Numbered from the stretch's first letter, positions 1 through 11,866 are shown. The stretch is DNA of 64,000 bases from an uncultured Gammaproteobacteria bacterium (GCA_963721085.1 CAVRHW010000021.1:65580-129579), one strand, 5' to 3'. The notes: a model not told the origin generated them from the sequence alone. Numbers and translations are program-made.

Positions 1-18
1 GCTAGTCTGCGCGCGCCT

Positions 19-688
19 TTACACCCGAACTAGTCTCTGAAGCTGATAACCGGCCAGCCGCGCTGGTCGGCCGATTTCCTGTAATGTCTGATCCGGATCA
101 ACCGCCACCGGATGGCTGACCTGTTCCAGTAATGGCAGGTCATTGTGCGAATCGCTATAAAACCAGCTGTCCTCCAGATTTTGATCGTGGCTTTCCATCC
201 ATGCCTGCAGGCGCGTGATTTTGCCGTGCTGAAAGCTGGGTGTGCCGGCAACACGGCCGGTATAACGTCCGTTTTGCATTTCCGGTTCGGTGGCGATGAG
301 GTCATCGACCCCAAAAGCAGCGGCGATCGGCTGGGTCACAAAACGATTGGTGGCGGTGATGATCAGGGTGGTATCGCCTTTTGCCTTGTGTTCATCCACT
401 TTGTTCTGGCCTGTCCGGGTCATGATTTCACGGATCCGGGTTTGCATGAACTCGTGGTGCAGTTCCTGTAATGTCTCAAGCTCGATCTGCGCCAGCGGAC
501 TCAGAGCGAAATTGAGAAATTCGTGGATGTCCAGCCGACCTTCGGCATACTCCTTATAAAAGCGTTCGTTACGCAGCTTTGTATAGCTCACCGTCCACCA
601 GGCCCTTTTCGACCAGAAATACTCCCCACAGATAATCGCTATCCCCGGCCAGCAGGGTATTATCGAGATCAAACAGAGCGAGCGCCAT
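19..688 (-). CDS. HAD-IB superfamily hydrolase (phosphoserine-phosphatase-like); frame broken by an apparent 1-nt insertion near 565-600
   Basis: The N-terminus [13 protein letters not shown] (HAD motif I) from the ATG at 688 is in the frame of ORF 569..889. The remainder (ITATNRFV ... [10 protein letters not shown]) is in ORF 19..708. The two frames differ by one base. Confidence 0.75.
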
Positions 689-1144
689 GGTGTGGTCCTG
701 AACGACAAAGCGCAGATGGTAACTGCTGGCGTAATCGATGGCCAGCGCTAGATGCTTTTGTGGCCGAAAATGTCTGATAATTATCGTATTATGTAATGTA
801 TTTCGACAAAATAATAGAGCGTAGCCGATATCGGAGAGATAAATATGTGTTTTTTGTTTGCCTGAACATGTAAATATTAATATTATCAATTAGTTATTAT
901 AATATTCTGGTTTTGCTTGGTGTTGATTTCAAATCGAAGCTAATTAATTTTGGCAAAGCATAGCCTGCGAATACGTCGATTTATCACCACAAAGTGTCGG
1001 TAATTATTACATTTGTGATGCCGTTGATATCGGAGAAAGTGGCTAACAGATTGTAAATGCTTATAAATTTTTTTGGGCATGGTTATTGCTCTATCAGCAG
1101 TCAATAGAAGTGTATGTAAATGGATACAAACTGAGGATAATGAA

Positions 1145-1816
1145 ATGTTTACCAAAATGAGAACATGTGGGATTTTGCTAGCCGCGGCTGTGTTATTGCC
1201 CGCGGTTGCAAATGCAGCGACTATTTTTGACTTTGCTGCGATTGCTGATGGTGATGCTTCGTACGGCATTCCTGGCGGTGAGCGCGGTGCGCCCTCACTC
1301 ACGTTCACAAAAGATGGCCTGAGCGTGACCGCAACAGGCTATAACACCAGCTCAGGTGCGGCGTACAGTGCATACCTGGATTCATACAGCGGCGGCCCGG
1401 GTGGACTGGGCGTTTGTGAAGTTATGACATCGGGTAACCAGTGTAATCCGAACACAGATGATAACGTCACCTATCAGGAATCGCTGCAACTGGTATTCGA
1501 CCAGAAAGTGACCATCGACCTGACGACATTCAGGAACGGTGATCACCTGACCAACTTCAATGGTAACTTCGATTTGCAGATCGATGGCGGTTCAGTGAAC
1601 ACCTATTCCCTGGTCAATCTGTTCAATACGCCGATCACGGGTACGACTTTCATCTTCTCGAACCCGAACTCAGGTGGCGGGTCGTTTGTTTCAAATGACC
1701 AGCAGTTCTATATCAATGCACTGAGTGTTAACGCCGTGCCGGTTCCAGCTGCTGCATGGCTGTTTGCTTCCGGTCTTCTGGGGCTGGTAGGCGTTGCCAG
1801 ACGTCGTCAGAGCTGA
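1145..1816 (+). CDS. secreted protein with C-terminal PEP-CTERM-type sorting signal
   Basis: GAGGA lies 7 nt before the ATG at 1145. Signal peptide ends LLPAVANA. The C-terminus VPVPAAAWLFASGLLGLVGVARRRQS has the PEP-CTERM form (motif, TM helix, Arg cluster). Confidence 0.7.
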   Translation: MFTKMRTCGILLAAAVLLPAVANAATIFDFAAIADGDASYGIPGGERGAPSLTFTKDGLSVTATGYNTSSGAAYSAYLDSYSGGPGGLGVCEVMTSGNQCNPNTDDNVTYQESLQLVFDQKVTIDLTTFRNGDHLTNFNGNFDLQIDGGSVNTYSLVNLFNTPITGTTFIFSNPNSGGGSFVSNDQQFYINALSVNAVPVPAAAWLFASGLLGLVGVARRRQS

Positions 1817-1838
1817 AAGTTCTCTACCTGGTTTAAAA

Positions 1839-1866
1839 ATAGCGGCTTCAGGCCGCTATTTTTTTG
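1839..1866 (+). terminator. rho-independent terminator
   Basis: AGCGGC-ttcag-GCCGCT hairpin followed by a T-run (tattttttt). Confidence 0.7.
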
Positions 1867-1981
1867 TCTGCTGCTCGCGGTTATCTAATCAATCTTTTCT
1901 TCTTTTCGTTGTCTGTTATTATCAACACATGAGTTTTAACGCGGCGGATGTGGATCCCCCGCTTACCACAGGTTTTTACAA

Positions 1982-2458
1982 GTGATTGATGCAAAAGGAT
2001 ATCGCGCCAACGTCGGTATCATCCTTGGCAATGACGATGGCAAAGTCTTCTGGGCGCGTCGCTGTGGTCAGGATGCCTGGCAGTTTCCCCAGGGCGGTAT
2101 TCAGGAAAATGAAACGCCGCTGGATGCGATGTATCGCGAGCTCAAAGAAGAAACCGGTTTGCAATCCAGTCATGTCAGGCTGGTGGGGCAGACCGATGGC
2201 TGGTTGCGTTATCGAATCCCCAGGCATTTGCTGCGACACCGCTCTCAGCCTTTATGTATCGGCCAGAAACAGATATGGTTTCGGCTGTTACTGATCGGTG
2301 GTGAGGATGACTTTAATCTGTCCGCCAGCGAGACTCCGGAGTTTGATACCTGGCGCTGGGTGGACTACTGGACGCCGCTGAAAGAAATTGTGTTTTTCAA
2401 ACGCAAGGTCTACCGACAGGCGCTGCGACAACTGGAGCGTTTTGGCGAAACAGGTTGA
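1982..2458 (+). CDS. rppH: RNA pyrophosphohydrolase (Nudix)
   Basis: [10 protein letters not shown] ... [11 protein letters not shown] ... REL.EETGL Nudix box typical of RppH/NudH. GTG start. Confidence 0.9.
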   Translation: MIDAKGYRANVGIILGNDDGKVFWARRCGQDAWQFPQGGIQENETPLDAMYRELKEETGLQSSHVRLVGQTDGWLRYRIPRHLLRHRSQPLCIGQKQIWFRLLLIGGEDDFNLSASETPEFDTWRWVDYWTPLKEIVFFKRKVYRQALRQLERFGETG

Positions 2459-2887
2459 TCAGGCAGGCTGCAACTCGACCAGCAGTACGATGGCGATGAG
2501 CAGAATCACGGGTACTTCATTAAACCAGCGATACCAGACGTGCGAGTGCTGATTTCGGTCATACTTGAAATCCAGCAGCAGTTTGCCGCACCAGATGTGA
2601 TACACCACCAGGAGGCTTACCAGGATCAGCTTGGCACGCAGCCAGGTGGTGTCCAGAATGGCGGGGCCCAGTATGGTGATTAACCAGATGCCGAGTGAAA
2701 TCGTGATGATGGCACCGGGTGTGGTGATGCCCCAGTACAGTTTGCGCTCCATAATTTTGAAGCGTTGATTGCTGGTCTCGTCATTCGAGTCGGCATGATA
2801 AACAAATAATCGGGGCAGGTAGAACAGCCCGGCAAACCAGGTGACCATAAAAATAATATGGAAGGACTTGATCCATAACATATGCAC
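2459..2887 (-). CDS. hemJ: protoporphyrinogen IX oxidase HemJ family membrane protein
   Basis: WIKSFHIIFMVTWFAGLFYLPRLFVYH signature; four predicted TM segments; 142 aa. Confidence 0.8.
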   Translation of the reverse strand: MHMLWIKSFHIIFMVTWFAGLFYLPRLFVYHADSNDETSNQRFKIMERKLYWGITTPGAIITISLGIWLITILGPAILDTTWLRAKLILVSLLVVYHIWCGKLLLDFKYDRNQHSHVWYRWFNEVPVILLIAIVLLVELQPA

Positions 2888-2956
2888 TTACCTGCCACTA
2901 CAATAGGAAGTGTGCATAATAACGCGCTCACATATGTGGGCAAGATGTAATTTGAT

Positions 2957-4012
2957 ATGACTAAAAATATGAACTCAAAAATAATCAATGTAGGCGTGGT
3001 GGGCGGCACGGGTTATACCGGTGTTGAGTTACTGCGTCTGCTGGTGATGCATCCAGCAGTGCGTTTGCAGATGGTGACTTCGCGTAGCGAAGCCGGGCAA
3101 AAAGTGGCCGATATGTTCCCCAATCTGCGTGGCCATACCGACCTGGCCTTTACCGAACCGAATGCGTCAGCACTGGCAGAGTGTGACCTGGTGTTTTTTG
3201 CGACACCCAATGGCACCGCAATGAAAATGGTTGGTGAATTAGTCGACAAAGGCTGTCGGGTGATCGATCTTGCTGCTGACTTTCGGCTTAAAGATCCCGC
3301 GCTCTGGGAGCAATGGTATGGCATGCCACACGAGTGCGTGAATATATTGAACGAAGCTGTGTACGGTATGCCCGAGATCAACCGTGCTGATATTGCGCAG
3401 GCACGTGTGGTTGGCAATCCGGGCTGTTACCCGACTGCGGTCATACTGGGGTTTCTGCCCCTGATCGAAAATGCGCTGATTGATGATCAGCATTTGATCG
3501 CGGACGGCAAATCCGGTGTCAGTGGTGCAGGTCGCGGCGCCAAAGTACCGTATTTACTTGCAGAGGCTTCGGAAAATTTCAAACCTTACGGTGTCGATGG
3601 CCATCGCCATCTGCCGGAAATTCGCCAGATATTGACCGCTACCGCTGGTCATACGGTGGCTTTGACCTTTGTGCCCCATCTGGTGCCGATGATTCGTGGT
3701 ATCGAGGCCAGTCTTTATGGTGTGCTAAAACAGTGCGATATCGATCTGCATGCGCTATATAAAGAACGTTATGCAAATGAATGTTTTGTCGATGTATTGC
3801 CAGCAGGCACCTTGCCCGAGACGCGCAGCGTGAAAGGCTCCAATATGTGCCGGATCTCTGTGTTCCAGCCGCAGCAGGCGGATACCGTCGTGGTGTCTGC
3901 GGTGATCGATAATCTGGTCAAGGGCGCGGCTGGCCAGGCGATCCACAATATGAACATCATGTTCGGCCTGCCGGAAACCACGGGGCTTGAGCAGCCAGCC
4001 ATGCTGCCATGA
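2957..4012 (+). CDS. argC: N-acetyl-gamma-glutamyl-phosphate reductase
   Basis: [21 protein letters not shown]-binding N-terminus and the GNPGCYPTA active-site Cys motif. The start could instead be the ATG at 2969. Confidence 0.95.
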   Translation: MTKNMNSKIINVGVVGGTGYTGVELLRLLVMHPAVRLQMVTSRSEAGQKVADMFPNLRGHTDLAFTEPNASALAECDLVFFATPNGTAMKMVGELVDKGCRVIDLAADFRLKDPALWEQWYGMPHECVNILNEAVYGMPEINRADIAQARVVGNPGCYPTAVILGFLPLIENALIDDQHLIADGKSGVSGAGRGAKVPYLLAEASENFKPYGVDGHRHLPEIRQILTATAGHTVALTFVPHLVPMIRGIEASLYGVLKQCDIDLHALYKERYANECFVDVLPAGTLPETRSVKGSNMCRISVFQPQQADTVVVSAVIDNLVKGAAGQAIHNMNIMFGLPETTGLEQPAMLP

Positions 4013-4746
4013 CCTATAAAGCACTGCCGACGCGTATTCTGATCACCATTCAGCGCCCAGGGCTGTGGCTGCTGGGCGTGCTGGCCATCCTGCTGGCTAT
4101 TATTACGCTGGTCTGGTCTGCCTATCTCTATGGTCAGCGCGAAGCCGGCTTCGATCGTTCCCAGGCGATGGATGAGGTGTCCAGGCTGCACCAGCAGCTC
4201 GAAGATTTACAGAAGCAATATGCTGAAAATCAGCACAAGGCTGCTATGATTGAACGTACCAGTCAGATTGATGACGATGCCAACAAGCAGCTGAAAAAGT
4301 CGTTAAATGACTCACAGCAGGAAGTGCTGGATCTCAAGAAGGAGCTGGCTTTCTACAAGAGCGTGGTCACGCCAGAGCACGAAAAGCGTAGTCTGGCGAT
4401 ACAGACCATACAGCTACAACAGGACGAGACTGGTGAATATCGCTACAAGGTCATGGTCAGCCAGCGAGGTCGCAATGACAAACTGGTACGTGGCAGTATC
4501 GAAATCAAGATCGAAGGAACCGAAGCAGGTAAGGTAAAAGTGCTGAGCCTGAGTGATGTTTCTAATAATGCTAAAAATGTGACCAAATTCGGCTTCAAGT
4601 ACTTTCAGAATTTCGAAGGTACGATGAACCTGCCAACAACTTTCACACCCGAAAACTTGCGGGTAGTGGTAACACCCAGTAGCTGGGGCGTCGATAAAAT
4701 CGACGAACTCTACAGCTGGGCAGACCTGTCATCGGGAGGTAACTAG
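4009..4746 (+). CDS. membrane-anchored coiled-coil protein (conserved partner of bactofilin)
   Basis: One N-terminal TM helix followed by a long heptad-rich region. Its ATG overlaps the argC stop (ATGA). It lies directly upstream of a bactofilin gene. Confidence 0.6.
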   Translation: MTYKALPTRILITIQRPGLWLLGVLAILLAIITLVWSAYLYGQREAGFDRSQAMDEVSRLHQQLEDLQKQYAENQHKAAMIERTSQIDDDANKQLKKSLNDSQQEVLDLKKELAFYKSVVTPEHEKRSLAIQTIQLQQDETGEYRYKVMVSQRGRNDKLVRGSIEIKIEGTEAGKVKVLSLSDVSNNAKNVTKFGFKYFQNFEGTMNLPTTFTPENLRVVVTPSSWGVDKIDELYSWADLSSGGN

Positions 4747-4749
4747 ATT

Positions 4750-5187
4750 ATGTGGGGCAACAACAAGATTAAGTCATCCAAAATAGAAACACTGATCGGG
4801 CATAGCATCGAGATCAATGGTGATGTTCAGTTCAGCGGCGGCCTTCATCTGGACGGCAAAATTATCGGCAATGTGCATGCAGAAGGCGGTGAGAATTCGG
4901 TACTGGTGGTGAGCGAGCGCGGCTGCATTGAAGGTGATGTCAGTGTGTCGTACGCAATTATCAATGGCACCGTCAAGGGCAATGTCTATGCTTCTGAAAA
5001 GCTTGAACTTTCTGGTAAAGCACAGGTCTTTGGTGATGTGCATTACAATCTGCTCGAAATGGCCAGCGGTTCCGAGGTCAACGGCAAGATGGTGCACGAC
5101 AAGCGTGAAAAAAAGCTGCTGGAGCACCATGACAAAGATGACGCGGGACTCCATATCATGGACTCCATAGGCGCGGCTAAAAGTTGA
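4750..5187 (+). CDS. bactofilin (polymer-forming cytoskeletal protein)
   Basis: Repetitive beta-helix pattern (I.GDV.F.G.L.LDG.I.GNV ... G.V.G.V) typical of the bactofilin/CcmA domain. Confidence 0.85.
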   Translation: MWGNNKIKSSKIETLIGHSIEINGDVQFSGGLHLDGKIIGNVHAEGGENSVLVVSERGCIEGDVSVSYAIINGTVKGNVYASEKLELSGKAQVFGDVHYNLLEMASGSEVNGKMVHDKREKKLLEHHDKDDAGLHIMDSIGAAKS

Positions 5188-5260
5188 CTAAATTAGTCAG
5201 GTAATGCTACATTAGCCTGATCTAATACATCTGGTTAATGAATACGAGGTTTGTACAGCT

Positions 5261-5638
5261 ATGGATATCCAGGTATCACTGGCACCAATGAAGCCCAGAG
5301 TGGTGGAAAACGCTACCCTGAAATTTTCAGATGCGGCGGCTGCGCGCGTGAAACAGCTGATCGCGGAAGAGAAAAATCCAGATCTCAAGTTGCGCGTGTA
5401 TGTCAATGGCGGTGGTTGCTCGGGTTTTCAGTACGGTTTCGAGTTTGACCAAAACGTTAAGCCAGGCGACACCCAGATCGAAAACAGCGGTGTTGTGCTG
5501 CTGGTCGATGCCAGTAGCATGCAGTATCTGGCCAATGCCGAAGTCGATTTTCTCGATGGTCTGGAAGGCTCACGTTTCGTGATCAACAATCCAAATGCCA
5601 AAACCACCTGCGGCTGTGGCTCATCGTTTGCGATCTGA
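5261..5638 (+). CDS. erpA: iron-sulfur cluster insertion protein ErpA
   Basis: [21 protein letters not shown] and the C-terminal [16 protein letters not shown]. The start may instead be the ATG at 5288. Confidence 0.9.
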   Translation: MDIQVSLAPMKPRVVENATLKFSDAAAARVKQLIAEEKNPDLKLRVYVNGGGCSGFQYGFEFDQNVKPGDTQIENSGVVLLVDASSMQYLANAEVDFLDGLEGSRFVINNPNAKTTCGCGSSFAI

Positions 5639-5661
5639 CTGAGCTCTTTGGTGCGGTCAGG

Positions 5662-5688
5662 AAAAAGGACGCTCAGGCGTCCTTTTTT
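5662..5688 (+). terminator. rho-independent terminator after erpA
   Basis: AGGACGC-tcag-GCGTCCT hairpin flanked by A5 and T6. Confidence 0.75.
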
Positions 5689-5759
5689 GTTGCCCAGGAC
5701 AGGAACAAGCGGCCCGGAGTTTGATATGCTAGGCGCCATAGTGATTTAAGGATATTTTT

Positions 5760-6917
5760 ATGAGCAGCGAATATCTACCTGGCCTCGCCGGCGTACCGGC
5801 AACCAAATCCAATATTTCAGACATCGATGGCGAGAAGGGAATACTGGCTTACCGTGGTTATGATATTCGTGAGCTGGCCGTGAAGAGCAGTTTTGAAGAA
5901 ACCGCCTTGCTGTTGCTCGACGGCAAGTTACCCACCCGTGATGAACTCGACATTTTCGACCAGCAGTTGCGTGGTGAACGTCGGGTGAAATACAACATCC
6001 GCGAAATTATGAAATACCTGCCAACCTCCGGGCACCCGATGGAGATGCTGCAAACCGCAGTGGCCAGCCTGGGTATGTTTTACGGCGGTGGTGACATTCT
6101 GAGTGATGGTTATCAGCACGAAGATGATTTTTATATTCACAGCATGTCGGTGAAAATCATTTCGCGCATGGCTACGATTGTCGCGATGTGGCAACACGTG
6201 CGAAGTGGTTACGATCCAATAGAACCGCGGCGCGATCTGACCCATGCGGAAAACTTCCTTTACATGTTGCATGGCAGTGACCCGGACCCTTTTGAGTCGC
6301 GGATTATTGATGCCTGCCTGGTATTGCACGCAGAACACACGATCAATGCGTCGACCTTTGCAGCGATGGTGTGTGGTTCCACACTGGCTTCGCCGTTCCT
6401 GGTGATTGCGGCAGCCATCGGAACACTCGCCGGGCCTTTGCACGGCGGTGCCAATCAGCGCGTGGTAGAAATGCTGGAAGAAATCGGGCGGCCGGAAAAC
6501 GTCAAGGACTGGCTCGATATGAAACTGGCAGAAAAAGAAGTGATCTGGGGCATGGGGCACCGCGAATACAAAACCAAAGATCCCCGCGCAATTGTTCTGC
6601 AAAAGATGATGATGGAATGGATCGAGCGCAAAGGCAATCTCAGTCCCATGTTTGAGACTGCGCTGGCACTGGAAGAAGCCTGTGAGAAAGAACTGGGACC
6701 GAAAGGGGTGTACCCGAATGTGGATTATTATTCGGGAATTTTGTATACCGAGATGGGCATACCCTCAGACCAGTTCACGCCTATATTTGCCGTATCGCGT
6801 ATAGCCGGCTGGATGGCGCACTGGCGTGAGCAGTTGTCAGACAATCGAATTTTCCGGCCGACACAGATTTATACTGGCGAGCCTCCGCGCGACTATATAC
6901 CGATCGAAGAACGTTGA
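5760..6917 (+). CDS. citrate synthase / 2-methylcitrate synthase family enzyme (small type)
   Basis: GLAGVPATKSNISDIDGEKGILAYRGYDI, HAEH, GPLHGGAN and MGHREYKTKDPRA motifs. Confidence 0.85.
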   Translation: MSSEYLPGLAGVPATKSNISDIDGEKGILAYRGYDIRELAVKSSFEETALLLLDGKLPTRDELDIFDQQLRGERRVKYNIREIMKYLPTSGHPMEMLQTAVASLGMFYGGGDILSDGYQHEDDFYIHSMSVKIISRMATIVAMWQHVRSGYDPIEPRRDLTHAENFLYMLHGSDPDPFESRIIDACLVLHAEHTINASTFAAMVCGSTLASPFLVIAAAIGTLAGPLHGGANQRVVEMLEEIGRPENVKDWLDMKLAEKEVIWGMGHREYKTKDPRAIVLQKMMMEWIERKGNLSPMFETALALEEACEKELGPKGVYPNVDYYSGILYTEMGIPSDQFTPIFAVSRIAGWMAHWREQLSDNRIFRPTQIYTGEPPRDYIPIEER

Positions 6918-6936
6918 AACTATTGTAAGACTAAAG

Positions 6937-7012
6937 CTTAAGCCGCAAAGTACGCCAAACACGCGAAGGTAAAACAAGTAACACCAATCTTTTGCGTATT
7001 TTGCGGCATAAG
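6937..7012. other. long-loop inverted repeat between convergent genes
   Basis: GCCGCAAAGTACGC (6942-6955) pairs with GCGTATTTTGCGGC (6994-7007), giving 14 bp with one G-T pair and a 38-nt loop. Confidence 0.4.
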
Positions 7013-7032
7013 ATCTTCTGTTTCTGTCTTGT

Positions 7033-8136
7033 TCAGGCTCTGGTGATTTCTCCCAGTACTACCGCGCGTTGCGCACCGGTGACTGCCGGTAAATTTCCGG
7101 GCAGGCCATGAATGGTTTGCTTTGCCAGCCAGGCGAAGGCCATGGCTTCCACCCAGTCGGGATGGACTCCAGAGGTGTCGGTCGAGCTGATCGGGTAATC
7201 CGGCAGATTTGCCTGCAGCCGTTTCATCAAATATTCATTATGCACACCGCCACCGCAGATTAAAATTTTCTTTGTTTCCCGCGCGTAGTTTTTTACTGCC
7301 TGTGCAATGCTACTGGCGGTGAGTTCACACAGTGTTGCCTGCACATCAGCTGCGCGCAGACTGCTGACCTGGTAGCTTTGCAGCCAGTTCAGATTGAAAT
7401 ATTCAAAGCCCGTGCTTTTCGGTGGCGCCAGTTTGAAATAGTGATCGTCGAGTAATTCATCCAGTAATGCCTGATTGATACTGCCCGTGCTCGCCCACTG
7501 GCCGTTTCGATCATAACTGTGGCCGTTTATTTTTTTCATCCAGGCATCCAGCAAGGTATTGCCTGGTCCGGAATCAAAGCCGGTAATAGCTTCGCGTGAA
7601 CCTGTGGGCAACAGTGTCAGGTTGGCGATGCCGCCGATGTTGATGACGGTGTGATGTTCGGTCTCGGACTGGAACACGGCTGCGTGAAACGCAGGGGCCA
7701 GAGGCGCCCCCTGGCCACCGGCTTCCATATCGGCGCGGCGAAAATCATGTACCACATCGATACCGGTGTCGTGAGCGATCACTTCGGCATTGCCTATCTG
7801 GAGTGAAAACGGTTTTTCTGCATCGGGCCGGTGACGTATGGTCTGGCCGTGGCTGCCAATGGCCACGATCTGGCTTTTATCGATCGCAGCACGGTCGAGC
7901 AATTCATTTACTGCCTGGGCAAAGGTTGCTCCAGTGTCCAGATCGAGTTGTGTCAGCGTGTTTAGTTCTGCATCGGGAAGTTTGCGACTGTCGTGCAGTG
8001 CCTGATGAATTTTACCGGGCCAGGGATGACAATGCGTGCTGATTAATTTTGGCGTGGTACCGGAAAAATCTACCAGCGCTGCGTCGATACCGTCAATGCT
8101 GGTACCGGACATCAGGCCGATATAGAGTTCGGGCAT
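7033..8136 (-). CDS. anmK: anhydro-N-acetylmuramic acid kinase
   Basis: N-terminal LYIGLMSGTSIDGIDAALVDF and overall AnmK-like sequence; 367 aa. Confidence 0.9.
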   Translation of the reverse strand: MPELYIGLMSGTSIDGIDAALVDFSGTTPKLISTHCHPWPGKIHQALHDSRKLPDAELNTLTQLDLDTGATFAQAVNELLDRAAIDKSQIVAIGSHGQTIRHRPDAEKPFSLQIGNAEVIAHDTGIDVVHDFRRADMEAGGQGAPLAPAFHAAVFQSETEHHTVINIGGIANLTLLPTGSREAITGFDSGPGNTLLDAWMKKINGHSYDRNGQWASTGSINQALLDELLDDHYFKLAPPKSTGFEYFNLNWLQSYQVSSLRAADVQATLCELTASSIAQAVKNYARETKKILICGGGVHNEYLMKRLQANLPDYPISSTDTSGVHPDWVEAMAFAWLAKQTIHGLPGNLPAVTGAQRAVVLGEITRA

Positions 8137-8141
8137 GGTCG

Positions 8142-9565
8142 TTACTGGTTTAAGGCCAACTGGGTCCGTGTTAACAAATCGAGCTGCGCCAGCACAGGTC
8201 TGGTTTTCTGCAAAAAGTCATCACGGTATTTTGCCGCGATCGGTTGCGCAGAGGGCAGCTTGACCGTCAACGGGTTGCGATGCACGCCATTGACGCGGAA
8301 CTCGTAATGTAAATGCGGCCCTGTGGCCAGACCTGAGCTACCTACGTAGCCAATGTATTGTCCCTGTTTAACTTTTTTGCCCACCCATACATGTTTATCA
8401 AAGCTGTTCATGTGTGCGTAGAGCGTGCTGTATTTGGCGCCGTGCTGAATAATGATGACGCGGCCATAACCACCCTTGATACCTTTGAATACGATTTTGC
8501 CATCGCCTGCAGCGCGTATCGGCGTACCGCGTTTGGCTGCATAATCGACGCCTTCATGCCTGCGTATTCTGTGCAGAATAGGGTGATAACGTCCGGTGCT
8601 GAAGCGTGAACTGATACGGGTGAAATCAACCGGTGCACGCAAAAAGGCTTTGCGCATGCTTTTGCCATCAGGCGAATAATACGCAGCGACCGTGTCGCCG
8701 GGTTTCTCATAACGTACCGCACTGTAGGTTTTACCGTTGTTGGTGAAGTCGGCAGCGAGAATGTCACCGTTGCCAATTTTCTCGCCATTACGATAGATTT
8801 CTTCGTAGACCAGGCTAAAACTGTCGCCTTTACGAATATCGAGTGCAAAGTCGATGTCCCAGCCAAAAATATTGGCCAGTTCCATGGTGATGTTGTCAGG
8901 CATGCCCGCAGCGCTGGCAGCTTCAAACAATGAACTGTCGATTACGCCCTGTGCATATTTGTGGCGTACTTCGATGTCGTATTTGTGTATTGCTGAAGTG
9001 AGCTGATTCTGGTCATTGCGCTTGACCAGCAAATAGGATCCGTTATCGATTTCGTAGCGTAGCGCTTCAAGGTCGCCTGCATTATCGGTGAGTATTCGTA
9101 GCGTGTCTTTAGGGTAGAGCTTGAGTAATGTTTTCGCCGCTTCGCCTGATTTCATCATGGCGTCGAGCTGCTGTGGTTTGATTTTTTCGCGCTGGAATAT
9201 TCTTCGCCAGGTTGTCGCCAGATTTAACTTTGTATTCCTGCCATTTCTGGGGCGCGACTTTATTGGTTTCATCAAGAGCGTTCTGTTGTGCCTGGAGTTC
9301 GGGCAGGGGCAGTTTGATGCTCTGATGTGCGATGCGCGATGGTGCCGGGTCCTGGGTTTTTGTGTCTGTACTGGCCTGTTGCACTGTCTGTGTATTATTG
9401 GTGGTCCAGCGCCGCTGCGGGTTTGTGCGAGACACTGCTGGTGCTGCCGATCACCACAGCTGCGAAGAACGCAACGGCCGTACCAAGCCCCAGCAGCAGC
9501 CAGCGGTGGTCAGACCAACGATTATCCGGTGTGGTTGAGCGAAAATCTTTATTTATCAAGGACAT
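8142..9565 (-). CDS. M23 family peptidoglycan DD-metalloendopeptidase (MepM/YebA-like), split over three frames by two apparent 1-nt insertions
   Basis: A TM N-terminus (MSLINKDF ... WLLLGLGTAVAFFAAVVIG) starts at the ATG at 9565. An OapA-like WQEYKVKSGDNLA is in ORF 9109..9435. The M23 core (HEGVDYAA ... GSSGLATGPHLHYEF) is in ORF 8142..9275. Frame breaks lie near 9395-9440 and 9190-9210. Confidence 0.8.
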
Positions 9566-9769
9566 TAGGGACCAGAATGTACGTGAGGTTTAACTGAATG
9601 TAGCTTGGATATGCTGGTCGGTCAATCAAATCCTGTTCTTATTATTGCAAAATTCTCAATTAAATCAGAGTTTCCTTGAGAATGTGCAGGCCGACGGGTA
9701 TCTTATACGCCTTTTCAGGCCAGTAACACAGTTTGTGGCGGTTTCATGCCTGCCCGCAGAGGAGATTTT

Positions 9770-10982
9770 ATGAACAAACCAGAACCCGCCATTCAGCAGC
9801 AGCTGGATCTTATCAAACGCGGGGCTGATGAAATTCTGCGCGAAGAAGAGCTGGTCGCGAAGCTGAAGCTGGGTCGACCGCTACGGGTCAAGGCCGGCTT
9901 TGACCCGACCGCGCCGGATCTGCACCTGGGGCACACCGTGCTGATCAACAAGCTGCGCCAGTTCCAGGAGCTGGGTCATGAGATATTGTTCCTGATCGGC
10001 GATTTTACCGGCATGATCGGCGATCCTACCGGCAAGAGCGCGACCCGTCCGCCGCTGACCGCGGAAGATGTGGCGAAAAACGCGGTGACCTACCAGGAAC
10101 AGATTTTCAAAATTCTGGATAAAGACAAAACCCGCGTGGTGTTCAATTCCGAATGGATGGGCAGGATGAGCAGCGCGGATATGATCAAGCTCGCGGCCAG
10201 CAGCACGGTGGCGCGCATGCTGGAACGCGATGATTTCAGCAAGCGCTATAAAAGCGGGCAGTCGATCGCGATCCACGAATTTCTTTACCCATTAATACAG
10301 GGCTATGACTCGGTCGTGATGCAGGCCGATGTCGAGCTCGGCGGCACCGACCAGAAATTCAATCTGCTCATGGGGCGCCAGCTGCAGGAACAGGCCGGGC
10401 AGCCGCCGCAGGTGGTGCTGACCATGCCGATACTGGAAGGCCTGGATGGCGTGCAGAAAATGTCGAAGTCGCTGAATAATTACATCGGCATTAATGACGA
10501 AGCAAAAGATATGTTCGGCAAAATCATGTCGATATCGGATGAACTGATGTGGCGCTATTTTGAACTGCTCAGTTTTCGTCCCATGGCTGAAATCGAAGGC
10601 TTTTAAAAATGAGATCGCTGCCGGTAAAAATCCTCGCGATGTAAAATTTTTGCTCGCCGAAGAAATCATCACCCGGTTTCATTCTGCCGATGCGGCGAAT
10701 GCTGCGCGTGAAGGTTTTATTGCACAGTTTGCGAAAAATAAAATTCCGGATGATATTCCGGAATTTTCATTTACTGCCGAGGCGGAAGGCATTGCGATTG
10801 CTAACCTGATCAAGGATGCAGCCTTGTGCGCGAGCACCAGCGAAGCGCTGCGCATGATTCAACAGGGCGCGGTTAAAATCGATGGTGAAAAAGTCTCGGA
10901 TAAAAGCCTGAAAATTTGTGCAGGAACATCTGCGGTGTTCCAGGTGGGTAAACGCAAGTTTGCAAAAATAAAGGTTGACTAG
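9770..10982 (+). CDS. tyrS: tyrosine--tRNA ligase, interrupted by an apparent 1-nt insertion near 10595-10606
   Basis: HLGH and KMSKS motifs are in ORF 9746..10606. The S4-like C-terminal domain is in ORF 10560..10982. GGAGA precedes the ATG at 9770. Confidence 0.9.
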
Positions 10983-11109
10983 TTTTCTTATCACTGCTTT
11001 GCCGCGCGACGAACGGCAGGCTAAATTCATGAGTCCGCATTGACACTGGCTGGCGTGCGCCTATATAGATTATTCGTACGCGAATATTGATAGAGGTCGA
11101 GCAGGCACC

Positions 11110-11800
11110 ATGGAGAGCATACAGGCCACCGCTACTGATGAAATTATTCTTGCTGATCACTTTGAAGAGGATGCGGATGAGATCCGCGAAGTACACGCAA
11201 AATTTGTACAGGACAGGCGGTTTAAGGGCATTAAACGCGATTTCACGATTTTCAATAAAGACCAGTTATTGCAGTCTTTGCAATCATTCAAGAACAAACG
11301 CGGCAACACTCATCGCATTAATCTGAAATTTGTACGTCAGGCGCCGGAGCGTCATCGCCAGTTCGCCTGGCGAAGTTTGCAGGCATCGGGGCTGGGTTTT
11401 GTGCTGGGCGCAATTCCAGCCTGCATCTGGTATTTCACCGAATTCAAATCGATCTATCTGCTGGTGGCGTCGGTGCTGTTTTTCGTCGCTGGCCTGATCG
11501 CCTTGCTGTTGTTTTTTTATCGCTCGCGCGACACTTATGTGTATCGCAGTATCGCAGCAGGCGTGCCTTTGATCGAACTGGATTATAACAAACCGAATCG
11601 AGCAGGAATTCGAAGCCTTTACCGATCGGCTCGAAGCGTATATACGCAGGGCGCAGTCCAGTGGTATGAGTAACCAGCAAAGGCTGGCGGGCGAATTAAA
11701 AGATATCCGGCGTTTGAAAGAAGCGGGCCTGCTCAGCGAACAAACCTATGCAAATTCGCGCGCGCTTATTTTCAAGCACAAGGAATTTAGTGCGGGTTAA
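11110..11800 (+). CDS. membrane protein with SHOCT-like C-terminal tail; apparent 1-nt insertion near 11595-11605
   Basis: Two TM helices are in ORF 11110..11673. The downstream frame reads EQEFEAFTDRLEAYIRRAQ ... LKEAGLLSEQTYANSRALIF and ends with TAA at 11800. Confidence 0.5.
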
Positions 11801-11866
11801 TCAACTGGAATGTCCAACGACAGAAGGGCGGTCATTAGACCGCCCTTCTGTTTCTGATGCGGATGC

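Noticed and set aside
9652-9683. 8-bp inverted repeat ATTCTCAA...TTGAGAAT in the divergent M23-peptidase/tyrS promoter region.
   Set aside because: It is short, and an inverted repeat of this size is expected by chance in an AT-rich intergenic region. There is no supporting evidence for a regulator.
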